Positions 1 to 8,138 of a stretch of 32,000 bases of DNA are shown piece by piece. Position numbers and translations under genes: made by a program. The notes beneath the pieces were generated by a model. That model had not been told where the DNA came from and ran no database searches. It was given only the letters and a program-made list of their open reading frames with translations. The stretch is taken from positions 70,399-102,398 of the forward strand of contig JAIXRH010000075.1 of the NCBI GenBank assembly GCA_027485285.1, read 5' to 3'. Origin of the DNA: Comamonadaceae bacterium (GTDB lineage: Bacteria > Pseudomonadota > Gammaproteobacteria > Burkholderiales > Burkholderiaceae_C). Every line of letters starts with the position of its first letter. Within the stretch, counting starts at the first letter, position 1.

Positions 1-1010
1 TTGGGCAAGCACCACATGCCAACGCCTGCGAGTGATAAGCATGCTGCATGGACAACCTTGGGGCCGAAGCGTCGCGTCAGTGGAATGAGCCCGAAGGCCG
101 CCACGAAAGCCACAAAGTTGTAGAAGCCTCCAATTTGCCCGTTGAGCAAACCCGCATCGCGAAAACCTTGTGACGAAGCATCCGATGTGTCAAATACAGC
201 ACGTGCCAATGAAGGAACGATGTAAATCCAGTAGCACATCATGCCGTACCACTGAAACAACTTCATCCACCAAAGTTGGCGCATGGCTTGCGGCATGTCG
301 CGGACGGCTTCCACAATCTCGGCCAATGTGGCTTTGATGCCCGTGGGCTTGGCCAAGATGGCCTCACGCTCTTGGTTTGTTAACGGCAGTTCAGGCGTCG
401 AGTGCACGGACCACCACACGGTGGTCAATGACAGGACGGAACCAATCAAAAATGCGATGACGGTGATGTGTGGAATGTTGCTGTCATTCACCGCATCTTT
501 GTTCAGACCAAACCAAAACAAGAGTGAAGGCGTGAGGTAGGCCATGGTTTGCGCCAAGCCTGTGAATGCGCTTTGGGTCAAAAAGCCCAACGAGTGTTGG
601 TTGGTGTTGAGCCGGTCACTCACGTAGGCGCGGTAAGGCTCCATGGTCACGTTGTTGGCTGCATCCAAAATCCACAGCAAGCTCGCGGCAAACCACAGGG
701 TGGGGCTAAACGGCATGAAGAGCAAACAGATGCTGCACAAAATCGCGCCAATCATGAAGTAAGGCGTGCGACGCCCCCATTTGCTGATGGTGCGGTCACT
801 CATGGCGCCAATGATGGGCTGAACCAGCAAACCTGTCATGGGTCCAGCCAGCCAAAGCAAGGGCAGGCTAGCCTCATCCGCACCTAGGTATTTGTAGATC
901 GGGCTCATATTGGCTTGTTGCAAGCCAAAGCTGTACTGGATTCCGAAGAACCCGAAGTTCATGCTGAGGATTTGCCAGAACGACAGATGCGGTTTGAGGT
1001 GTGTGCTCAT
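1..1010 (-). CDS. MFS/GPH-family sugar (sucrose-type) H+ symporter. N-terminal ~336 codons only; the C-terminus lies beyond the left edge.
   Basis: This minus-strand frame is open to the window edge, so it is absent from the ORF track. Its ATG at 1010-1008 overlaps the TGA (1009-1007) of the upstream amylosucrase gene as ATGA. My translation starts MSTHLKPHLSFWQILSMNFGFFGIQYSFGLQQANMSPIYKYLGADEASLPLLWLAGPMTGLLVQPIIGAMSDRTISKWGRRTPYFM. This shows the LWLxGPxxGxxVQPxxGxxSDR...GRRxP signature of sucrose/GPH-type permeases, followed by repeated hydrophobic helices. Confidence 0.8.
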   Translation of the reverse strand, partial: MSTHLKPHLSFWQILSMNFGFFGIQYSFGLQQANMSPIYKYLGADEASLPLLWLAGPMTGLLVQPIIGAMSDRTISKWGRRTPYFMIGAILCSICLLFMPFSPTLWFAASLLWILDAANNVTMEPYRAYVSDRLNTNQHSLGFLTQSAFTGLAQTMAYLTPSLLFWFGLNKDAVNDSNIPHITVIAFLIGSVLSLTTVWWSVHSTPELPLTNQEREAILAKPTGIKATLAEIVEAVRDMPQAMRQLWWMKLFQWYGMMCYWIYIVPSLARAVFDTSDASSQGFRDAGLLNGQIGGFYNFVAFVAAFGLIPLTRRFGPKVVHAACLSLAGVGMWCLP

Positions 1011-2935
1011 TTTTTAAGCCAAATGGCTGAGTAGGGTGCGAGCTGCAAACCTTGCAGATCGAGTGCCTTGCCTGAAATTAAATCAGTGCCATACGTCATG
1101 CAATTTTGCGTGATTGCTGGCGTTGGAGACAAGGTTTGCGGTTGGCCTGAGAAATTGAACAAGCCTAGGACATGGGCGCCACGCTTCAAGCCCAAGACGG
1201 CGCTTGTACCGGTATTCCAAATGCTCAATGGATGCGTGGCACTCAAACTGCTGTTTTTCTTTTTGACTTGAATGAATGCCCGCAGTGCGGCATAAATCTG
1301 GCCTTGTACCGTCGACATATCGTGGCGATTGGCAAAACCTTGCTCGTCAAACATGGGGCGATGCAACTCACGGCCATCGGGGCCTTGACGCTGGGCAATT
1401 TCTTGTGCCGAGGTGTTGCCCTGGCCCCATTCGTCGCCCATGTAAATCAGAGGCAAACCACCCACAAACAATGACAAGGCCTGCATCATCACCAAGCGTG
1501 ATTTGGCGGCTTCTTGTTCTGCTAGCGTTTGTGCGGATGTCAAACCCACTAAGGCAGCGGTCATCCCGTTGGTTCCGTGCACAACCGTTGGGTCGCTCGC
1601 TTGAAAGGCTGCCCCTTGTGCATAGCTACCAGCAACTTCGCCTGCAAAGAATTGCGACGCATGCAACAGGCGTGCGCGTTGATCCGCACCGCGTGCATCC
1701 ATCTCGGGGCGCAAGACGTTCCACCCAATATCATCATGGCAACGCACATAACTCATCCATGCGCAGCCATCGGGCAGGGCAGGGGTGTGAGACAGCACAT
1801 CTTGAATGATTTGCGTGTTTTCTTCAGCCAGTGCCACCCAGCTGGCCGACATGAGACTGGAGTGATAAGCCACATGGCACTCAGGCCCTTTTGTCTCGCC
1901 CAAGCCAAAGTAAGGCGGTAGCTCTTGCGTGGGCATGATGGCCTCTGCCTTGAGCAAGATGCCAGGTGCGGCAATGTTGGTCAGACAGCGCATGGCTTGC
2001 AAAATCCAATGCACTTCTGGCTGGTTCATGCAGTTGCTGTCGGGGCGTTTCCACAAGAAACCAGTGGAATCTAAGCGGAAAGCCTCTACGCCTAAGTTCG
2101 CCAGCTGCAACAGCGATTGAGCCATTTCAGCAAACACATCGGGTTGGGCGTAGTTCAAATCCCATTGGTAGGGATAGAACGTGGTCCATGCCCAAGCCTT
2201 CAGTTCGGGAATGAAAGTGAAGTTTCCTGGCGCAGTGTTGGGGAAAATTTGAATCAGATTTTTTTCATGTTCAGTCACTTCCGCAGGCGAATGTGCCCAA
2301 TGGAAATACGACTGGAAGTGCGCGTCACCCGCACGAGCCTTCAAAGCCCATTCGTGTTCGTGTGACACGTGGTTCAACACAAAGTCACTGCACAAGCTGA
2401 TGCCTGCGGCACGCAGCTCTTTGGTCAGTGCTTGCAAATCGTGGTTGTTGCCCAAGGCTGGGTCCACTTCGTCATAGCTCGCTACTGCAAAGCCACCATC
2501 GTTGGGTGGCGTGCCTGGCTTGAGGAACGGCAGCAGGTGCAAGTAGGTCACGCCCAGCTCTTGCAAATGCGCAATGCGCGCACGCACGCCAGACAAATTA
2601 CCCGCAAATTTGTCGGTGTAGGCGCAATAGCCTAATGAACCATTCAAATGCCAGTTGGGGTGAGAGACGCGGTGCAAATCTAGGGCCCACAAATCATCGG
2701 GGCGTGCAAGCGCGAGTTGAACCGCCTGAGTCACAACTTGGCTCAACCAGTCAGAAAAATTGTCGTTGCAGCCGTACAGACGAGCGAGCCTGTCCTGCAA
2801 CACGGGGAATTCATTGTTCACGCGTTCGCGCAGCACATCAGCGCGAGCCGCGGGGGCTTGGTCAAGCAGCTCAGCTATCAGAGCTGGAAGATGAGCCTGT
2901 CCTGAAGTGACGGGACGATCTTCGATAAACGACAT
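1007..2935 (-). CDS. Amylosucrase (GH13 alpha-amylase family sucrose glucosyltransferase).
   Basis: The translation aligns by eye along its length with Neisseria polysaccharea amylosucrase. Matching stretches include GYCAYTDKFAGNL, LQELGVTYLHLLPF, DGGFAVASYDEVDPALG, DFVLNHVSHEHEWA, FRLDSTGFLWK, YVRCHDDIGW and GLPLIYMGDE. The track start at 3010 is a TTG. I prefer the ATG at 2935 (MSFIEDRPV...), giving 642 aa, but no strong SD precedes it. Confidence 0.9.
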   Translation of the reverse strand: MSFIEDRPVTSGQAHLPALIAELLDQAPAARADVLRERVNNEFPVLQDRLARLYGCNDNFSDWLSQVVTQAVQLALARPDDLWALDLHRVSHPNWHLNGSLGYCAYTDKFAGNLSGVRARIAHLQELGVTYLHLLPFLKPGTPPNDGGFAVASYDEVDPALGNNHDLQALTKELRAAGISLCSDFVLNHVSHEHEWALKARAGDAHFQSYFHWAHSPAEVTEHEKNLIQIFPNTAPGNFTFIPELKAWAWTTFYPYQWDLNYAQPDVFAEMAQSLLQLANLGVEAFRLDSTGFLWKRPDSNCMNQPEVHWILQAMRCLTNIAAPGILLKAEAIMPTQELPPYFGLGETKGPECHVAYHSSLMSASWVALAEENTQIIQDVLSHTPALPDGCAWMSYVRCHDDIGWNVLRPEMDARGADQRARLLHASQFFAGEVAGSYAQGAAFQASDPTVVHGTNGMTAALVGLTSAQTLAEQEAAKSRLVMMQALSLFVGGLPLIYMGDEWGQGNTSAQEIAQRQGPDGRELHRPMFDEQGFANRHDMSTVQGQIYAALRAFIQVKKKNSSLSATHPLSIWNTGTSAVLGLKRGAHVLGLFNFSGQPQTLSPTPAITQNCMTYGTDLISGKALDLQGLQLAPYSAIWLKK

Positions 2936-3043
2936 GGTGTTCACAATTCGGTAAGAGATGCGCTGAACCTTGTGGGTCCAGCGCAATGGGTCCTCAATTG
3001 AAGCACCCAAGCCGCTGACGTGACTTGGGTGTGTCGAGCATTT

Positions 3044-5272
3044 TTAGAACTCGTACTTCAAAGTTGCTTTTGCGCTGCGACCTGCGAGTGCGCGAGCGGC
3101 ATGACCGTCACCTTCAACTTCAGTGAATGCTAGCTTGTTGAATGCGTTGTTGACGCTCAAGATAGCTGAAGCTTGCTTGTTGATGCGATAGTTTGCAAAC
3201 AAGTTTGTGATCATGTAGCCGTCCATCGTGATGGTGTTGGCATCATCACCATACGACTTGCCAGAGCCAATGAAGGCGGCTCCAAACTCCATGTCACCAG
3301 TGCGGTACGAGGGGGACAACGCATAGACCATGTCAGCTTGGCGACGTGGTTTTTTGCCCACCTCTGCTGCATTCAAAGAGCTTTTGATTTTTGCGTCTGT
3401 GATGGTTGCACCAGCGCTCAAACGGAATGGGCCAGAACGGTAACCTGCTTCAAGTTCGAAACCCTTGGCCTCATAGCCGTTGGTTGTGAACTTTTGCGTT
3501 GTCGCTTCATAGTTTGATTCGTCGGTTTGAGCCATGAAGAAAGTACCAAACAAGCTCAAATTGCCTTCACGATGTTTCACACCGAATTCTTGCTGTTGCA
3601 AGCGGTTGAAAGATACAGGCTTACTGCCGTTCAATGCACCAGCAGTGCCGTACAGCAAACGGTCAGCGGCAAAGTTGTAGCCATCGCTGATGCGACCATA
3701 CAAAGCGGTATCTTTTGTCAAGGCGTAGTTTGCGCCAGCTGAATAAGACATCTTGTTTTGCTTGTAGTTCACAGTATCTGCTGAGCCTGTATCCCACGAA
3801 GCCGCTGACAGTGCAGTTGTGTTGGTTGGTGTTCTGCCTTTGAAGGTTTGGCCAGTTGCAGACATGCTGTTTTGACGCACGCTACCCTCAACTGTCAACT
3901 TATCTTTTTCCCAATTCAATGCTGCATATGGCGCAGTCACGTTGTATTTCATGTCATATGTGCGTGAGCAGCAACCGCCCCATGTGTTCCAACCGCTAGA
4001 GACTGGCGCAGACCAAGTGCCATTTGTTCCAACGGTGTATTGGTTCCAGAACCAAGTTTGTCCAAGGTTTTGTGAGCCTGTGAACACGCCACCTGTAAAC
4101 ACAGACTTCCCACCATTCAAGTCAAAAGACTTGGAGGCCTTCAAGTCGTTGAACATGTTGTCCATGTTGTCCAATGACGTGTTGAACATCGTGCCTGTGA
4201 ATGGACCGCCAGCACCGTTACCGTTGTCAGCTGGGAACATGCCAATAAAGCGACCGCCGTTGGTGCTTTTGCGCAATTTTTCTTCCACAGTCCAGCCGTT
4301 GTCTAGATTTAGCTTAGCTTCCAAACCAATTGAGCGGCTGGTCACGTGCAAACCATTTGCAGGATTGCTCGTCACTTGATTCCCATTACGGTCAATCGTT
4401 GTGTCGCGGGTGATATTGGGATTGATGAAAAATGCATTGCGTGGATCAACACCCGCAATTGTTTGTATTTTCCCGTTTGACAGCTTTGTTGGCACAGGCA
4501 AGATGGTGGGAGTTTTGTCGTCCAAGTTTTTGAAGTTCACGCGGACATAGCTGCCTTTATCAAACTCTTTGGTGACGCTGGCCTTTAGCTGCCCGCCATC
4601 TTGTGAGTTAAAACCTGTTTTGTAGGGCGCGGCTTCGCCTTGACGCATAAAGCCGCCCATATTGAAGTAGGTGTCGCTGCCCATTGCGCTTGCGAAGTTA
4701 AAGTCATAGCGGTTAAGACGCGAACCCAATCCGCTTGTGACTCCCACAGCGTTGCCAACATCACGGCCAGTTTTACTGACGAAGTTAATGATCGCACCAG
4801 GTGCATTGCTGGCTAATGTCGATGCGCTACCGCCTCGCACCACTTCGACACGGTCTGTGGTGAAGTCTGTGCGTAAGAATTGGTCAGGAGTACCAAATGC
4901 GATATCGCCAAACAGCAAGATCGGCAGGCCGTCTTCTTGCATTTGCACATAGCGGCTACCACCTGCTGAAACGGGTGCGCCGCGAACTGTGATGTTTGCA
5001 TTACCTTCACCGCCTGATGATTCAGAGCGAATGCCTGGAACTGATCGCAAGATTTCAGCTGCGCTGGTAGCGCCGCTGCGCATGATGGCCTCTTCGCCAA
5101 CCGATGTGACTGAGTCGCTTGATTTCATCTTGGTGCGGCCCGTCGGTGAGGCTGTCACAACGACTTCATCGAGGTTGAGGTTTTGGGCATATACCGCACC
5201 AATTTGCAAGGCTGCCATCGAGGCTGCAATTGCAATCGTTTTAGGACTGATTTTTTTGTGGTTTGTTTTCAC
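3044..5272 (-). CDS. TonB-dependent outer-membrane receptor, likely for sucrose or another carbohydrate (SuxA-like).
   Basis: The protein has a signal peptide (KKISPKTIAIAASMAALQIGAVYA/QN), a TonB-box/plug region (LDEVVVTASP...VTSVGEEAI...LRSVPGI...RGAP), a long beta-barrel and a terminal aromatic residue (...ATLKYEF). I set the start at the GTG at 5272-5270, preceded by AAGGAG 6 nt upstream. The track's extra 53 N-terminal codons would precede the signal peptide and contain an operator palindrome. Confidence 0.9.
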   Translation of the reverse strand: MKTNHKKISPKTIAIAASMAALQIGAVYAQNLNLDEVVVTASPTGRTKMKSSDSVTSVGEEAIMRSGATSAAEILRSVPGIRSESSGGEGNANITVRGAPVSAGGSRYVQMQEDGLPILLFGDIAFGTPDQFLRTDFTTDRVEVVRGGSASTLASNAPGAIINFVSKTGRDVGNAVGVTSGLGSRLNRYDFNFASAMGSDTYFNMGGFMRQGEAAPYKTGFNSQDGGQLKASVTKEFDKGSYVRVNFKNLDDKTPTILPVPTKLSNGKIQTIAGVDPRNAFFINPNITRDTTIDRNGNQVTSNPANGLHVTSRSIGLEAKLNLDNGWTVEEKLRKSTNGGRFIGMFPADNGNGAGGPFTGTMFNTSLDNMDNMFNDLKASKSFDLNGGKSVFTGGVFTGSQNLGQTWFWNQYTVGTNGTWSAPVSSGWNTWGGCCSRTYDMKYNVTAPYAALNWEKDKLTVEGSVRQNSMSATGQTFKGRTPTNTTALSAASWDTGSADTVNYKQNKMSYSAGANYALTKDTALYGRISDGYNFAADRLLYGTAGALNGSKPVSFNRLQQQEFGVKHREGNLSLFGTFFMAQTDESNYEATTQKFTTNGYEAKGFELEAGYRSGPFRLSAGATITDAKIKSSLNAAEVGKKPRRQADMVYALSPSYRTGDMEFGAAFIGSGKSYGDDANTITMDGYMITNLFANYRINKQASAILSVNNAFNKLAFTEVEGDGHAARALAGRSAKATLKYEF

Positions 5273-5394
5273 AAACGTCTCCTTTACAAGTTGATAGAAC
5301 CCCAGTTTTTTTGCTTGTTTGCAAGCTGCTGGAGAGGTGACTCTTTGTCCTGCCTTGGATGCATTGCAATGAGTGAGATGAATTTTGTTTTCAT

Positions 5395-5410
5395 TTGCAA
5401 ACGTTTGCAA
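5395..5410. promoter_or_regulatory. Perfect 16-bp palindrome TTGCAAACGTTTGCAA; candidate LacI-family operator O1 upstream of the TBDR gene.
   Basis: The sequence is identical to its reverse complement and centred on a CG. This matches the general LacI/GalR/PurR operator architecture (TGxAAxCGxTTxCA). It lies about 125 nt upstream of the TBDR GTG, in an AT-rich divergent intergenic region. Confidence 0.55.
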
Positions 5411-5594
5411 GAATATTTCTTCAATTTTCATCGTTGGATCTGAAAGTTTAATTTAGAAAATATTTCTAACTTATTGATTTTCATTATGAATTGCTCTAAA
5501 ATTGGTGCTTTCCCTAGTGTCATGAGCATGCAACAAAATAATTTCATAAGCAAGGGTTTGCACTAATGCCGTGCAAATTTTCGTGAAATTAGAA

Positions 5595-5610
5595 TTGCAA
5601 ACGATTGCAA
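5595..5610. promoter_or_regulatory. Near-perfect palindrome TTGCAAACGATTGCAA; candidate LacI-family operator O2 upstream of tonB.
   Basis: It differs from O1 at one position and starts exactly 200 bp from the start of O1. It lies 51 nt upstream of the preferred tonB ATG (5661). Confidence 0.5.
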
Positions 5611-5660
5611 AGAGTTTGTTTGCTCTGTTGCAGAAATTGATAACCAGGAGCCACACACAC

Positions 5661-6293
5661 ATGAAAGACTACGCCAGTCAACAACGCAATCCAGGCAAGC
5701 ATGTGGTCGGGTTGGGCCTGGTGGTTTTGTTGCACATCATCTTGTTTTGGGCGATCAGCTCTGGCTTAGCCAAAAAGTTCGTCAAAGCGGTCAAGGGGCC
5801 GGTTGAGGCCCAGCTGATTGAAGATGCCAAGCCCGACATTCCTCCGCCACCACCACCACCGCCGCCTCCCAAGAATGCCCCACCACCGCCACCACCTGAA
5901 TTTGTGCCACCTGTGGACATTTCAGTGAACGCCACAACAGGCGCCAATGCGATTGCTTCTGTTTCCAATGTGCCTGTTGCGCCAGTCGTGCAAGTTGCCC
6001 CAGTTCCTCAAGTCAGGGTGCCGCCTGTGATCAATGCAGCCGTCAATTGCCCTAAGCCTGAATATCCAAGCTCATCTCGCCGCAACGAAGAGGAGGGCAC
6101 GGTTCAGCTGCGCTTCTTGATTGGAGCTGAAGGTCAAGTGTTGGAATCACAAGTAGAAAAAAGCTCCGGCTTTACGCGCCTGGATGAGGCAGCGCGCGTT
6201 GCACTGTCGCGCTGTCAGTTCAAGCCTGGCACGCTCAATGGCAAGGCCGAACAAAGCTGGGCCAGCATGAAATACACATGGCGCTTGGAATAA
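5661..6293 (+). CDS. tonB: TonB energy transducer.
   Basis: The protein has a short N-terminus, then a TM helix with conserved His (VVGLGLVVLLHIILFWAI). A proline-rich spacer follows (PPPPPPPPPPKNAPPPPPPEFVPP), then a C-terminal TonB domain (YPSSSRRNEEEGTVQLRFLIGAEG...V..SSGFTRLDEAA). I prefer the ATG at 5661 (AGGAG upstream) over the track start at 5571, which would translate through operator O2. Confidence 0.85.
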   Translation: MKDYASQQRNPGKHVVGLGLVVLLHIILFWAISSGLAKKFVKAVKGPVEAQLIEDAKPDIPPPPPPPPPPKNAPPPPPPEFVPPVDISVNATTGANAIASVSNVPVAPVVQVAPVPQVRVPPVINAAVNCPKPEYPSSSRRNEEEGTVQLRFLIGAEGQVLESQVEKSSGFTRLDEAARVALSRCQFKPGTLNGKAEQSWASMKYTWRLE

Positions 6294-6345
6294 GCGGCAA
6301 GTCATTTACAACTGAATTCAATAATTTTCTTAGGAGTCACGCATC

Positions 6346-7185
6346 ATGATGAAACAACTCAAAACTCTCGCGCTCAGCGCTGGCCTGGTGGCTGGCTTGC
6401 TGTTTGGCATGGTTGGTCCAGCGCAAGCGGCCAAAGACAAAGCACCTGCTGCAGCGCCTGCTGCCACCGAAGTCGCTGCACCTGCCCCAGTGGCAACGCC
6501 AGCCCCAGCGCCTGCTGCGCACGCTGGTGAAGAAAACCCCTACGGCCTGAGCGCTCTGTGGGCACAAGGCGATGTGGTAGCCAAGGGCACCTTGCTGATC
6601 TTGGTGATCATGAGCATGGGCAGTTGGTATGTGATTTTCACGAAGTACTTTGAGCAAGCCAAGATCATGCGCTTCGCCAAGGCTGCGCAAGACAGTTTTT
6701 GGTCGGCAGGCAACGTGCGCCAGGGTGCAGACACATTGGCCGAAGACAGTCCATTTCGATTCATCGCGGAAAAAGGTTTGGAAGGCGCAAGCAAGCACAC
6801 AGGCATGTTGGGCGCGATCAACTTCAACGACTGGGTGACCATGAGCATCCAACGTGCCATGAACAATGTGCAAAGCCGCATGCAAGACGGCTTGGCTGTC
6901 TTGGCCACCGTCGGTTCGACTGCACCGTTCGTCGGTTTGTTCGGGACGGTTTGGGGCATTTACAACGCCTTGGTCAAGATTGGCATGTCTGGCCAAGCCA
7001 GTATTGACAAAGTAGCTGGCCCAGTGGGTGAGTCACTCATCATGACGGCCATCGGTTTGGCTGTGGCTGTGCCCGCTGTGCTCGGCTACAACTGGTTGGT
7101 GCGCCGCAACAAGTCAGCCATGGAAGATGTGAACGCTTTCGGTTCTGACTTGCATTCTGTGCTGCTTGGCACCAACAAAAAATAA
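6346..7185 (+). CDS. exbB: ExbB (MotA/TolQ/ExbB proton-channel family) with a signal peptide and an Ala/Pro-rich periplasmic N-terminal extension.
   Basis: The TM region ends with the characteristic LATVGSTAPFVGLFGTVWGI...GPVGESLIMTAIGLAVAVPAV motif. An SD (TAGGAG) lies upstream. The gene sits directly between tonB and exbD. Confidence 0.9.
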   Translation: MMKQLKTLALSAGLVAGLLFGMVGPAQAAKDKAPAAAPAATEVAAPAPVATPAPAPAAHAGEENPYGLSALWAQGDVVAKGTLLILVIMSMGSWYVIFTKYFEQAKIMRFAKAAQDSFWSAGNVRQGADTLAEDSPFRFIAEKGLEGASKHTGMLGAINFNDWVTMSIQRAMNNVQSRMQDGLAVLATVGSTAPFVGLFGTVWGIYNALVKIGMSGQASIDKVAGPVGESLIMTAIGLAVAVPAVLGYNWLVRRNKSAMEDVNAFGSDLHSVLLGTNKK

Positions 7186-7200
7186 ACAGGAGCCACCCTC

Positions 7201-7614
7201 ATGGCCATGAACGTTGGATCGGATGCAGATGACGAGATCATCAGTGCGATCAACACCACCCCTTTAGTGGACGTGATGTTGGTGCTGCTGATCATCTTCT
7301 TGATCACCATCCCCGTGGTGACGACATCGGTGAAGGTGGATCTCCCGAAGGAGAAGAACCTGATTCGAGAAACCAAACCAGAGAACGTGATCATTTCGGT
7401 GAACGCCGCAGGCAACATCTACCTGTATGACACACCGATTAAGAACTCTGCTGATTTGATAAATCGCATGAAAACTTTTGCGGTCAAAGACCCTCAACCC
7501 GAAGTTCAAATTCGCGGTGATGCGCGCAGTGATTTTGAATCGGTGGGGCGCGTGATGTATGCCGTGCAGCGTGCGGGCATCGTCAAGGTCGGTTTCATCA
7601 CCGAGCCAAACTGA
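7201..7614 (+). CDS. exbD: ExbD/TolR family biopolymer transport protein (copy 1).
   Basis: The N-terminus reads INTTPLVDVMLVLLIIFLIT, followed by a TM helix and a periplasmic domain ending ...RGDARSDFESVGRVMYAVQRAGI. An SD (AGGAG) lies upstream. Confidence 0.9.
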   Translation: MAMNVGSDADDEIISAINTTPLVDVMLVLLIIFLITIPVVTTSVKVDLPKEKNLIRETKPENVIISVNAAGNIYLYDTPIKNSADLINRMKTFAVKDPQPEVQIRGDARSDFESVGRVMYAVQRAGIVKVGFITEPN

Positions 7615-7629
7615 TCTAAGGAGCTAAAA

Positions 7630-8061
7630 ATGGGAATGAATATCGGCCAAGGATCAGGCAGCGGCGAACCCGAAGTGATGATGGACATCAACACCACGCC
7701 TTTGATTGACGTGATGTTGGTGTTGTTGATCATGTTGATCATCACCATCCCCGCGCAATTGCACACCGTCAATTTGGATATGCCAGTGGCCAAACCTCCC
7801 ATCAAAAAGGTGGACCCTGTGGTGATCAAGATTGATGTGGACGCCAACAGCGTGATCAACTGGAACGGCAAGCCATTGGCAACGCGTGCAGACTTGGACC
7901 TCAAGCTGCAAGAAGCCACCAGGATGGAGCCGCAGCCCGAGTTGCATTTGCGCTCACACGCCAAAGCCAAGTACGAGGCAGTGGCCGCGGTGATGGCCAA
8001 TGCGCAGCGTTTAGGTTTGAACAAGCTTGGTATCGTGGGGTCCGAGCAGTTTGTGAATTAA
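7630..8061 (+). CDS. exbD: ExbD/TolR family biopolymer transport protein (copy 2).
   Basis: The INTTPLIDVMLVLLIMLIIT motif is present, and a C-terminal KAKYEAVAAVMANAQRLG. An SD (AAGGAG) lies upstream. A tandem exbD1-exbD2 arrangement is known from Xanthomonas-type TonB clusters. Confidence 0.9.
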   Translation: MGMNIGQGSGSGEPEVMMDINTTPLIDVMLVLLIMLIITIPAQLHTVNLDMPVAKPPIKKVDPVVIKIDVDANSVINWNGKPLATRADLDLKLQEATRMEPQPELHLRSHAKAKYEAVAAVMANAQRLGLNKLGIVGSEQFVN

Positions 8062-8093
8062 TTTCTTCAAGGTCCTTTAAGAGGGAACCCTTT

Positions 8094-8125
8094 GCCTCTT
8101 CTCTCACGGGAAGAGGCTTTTTTTT
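8094..8125 (+). terminator. Rho-independent terminator after exbD2.
   Basis: The stem GCCTCTTC (8094-8101) pairs with GAAGAGGC (8110-8117) around an 8-nt loop. A run of 8 T follows (8118-8125). Confidence 0.6.
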
Positions 8126-8138
8126 AAGAGGTGAGAAA

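Noticed and set aside
5840-5905. A CCG/CCA-rich nucleotide repeat.
   Set aside because: It simply encodes the poly-proline spacer of TonB. It is not a CRISPR array or an independent repeat element.
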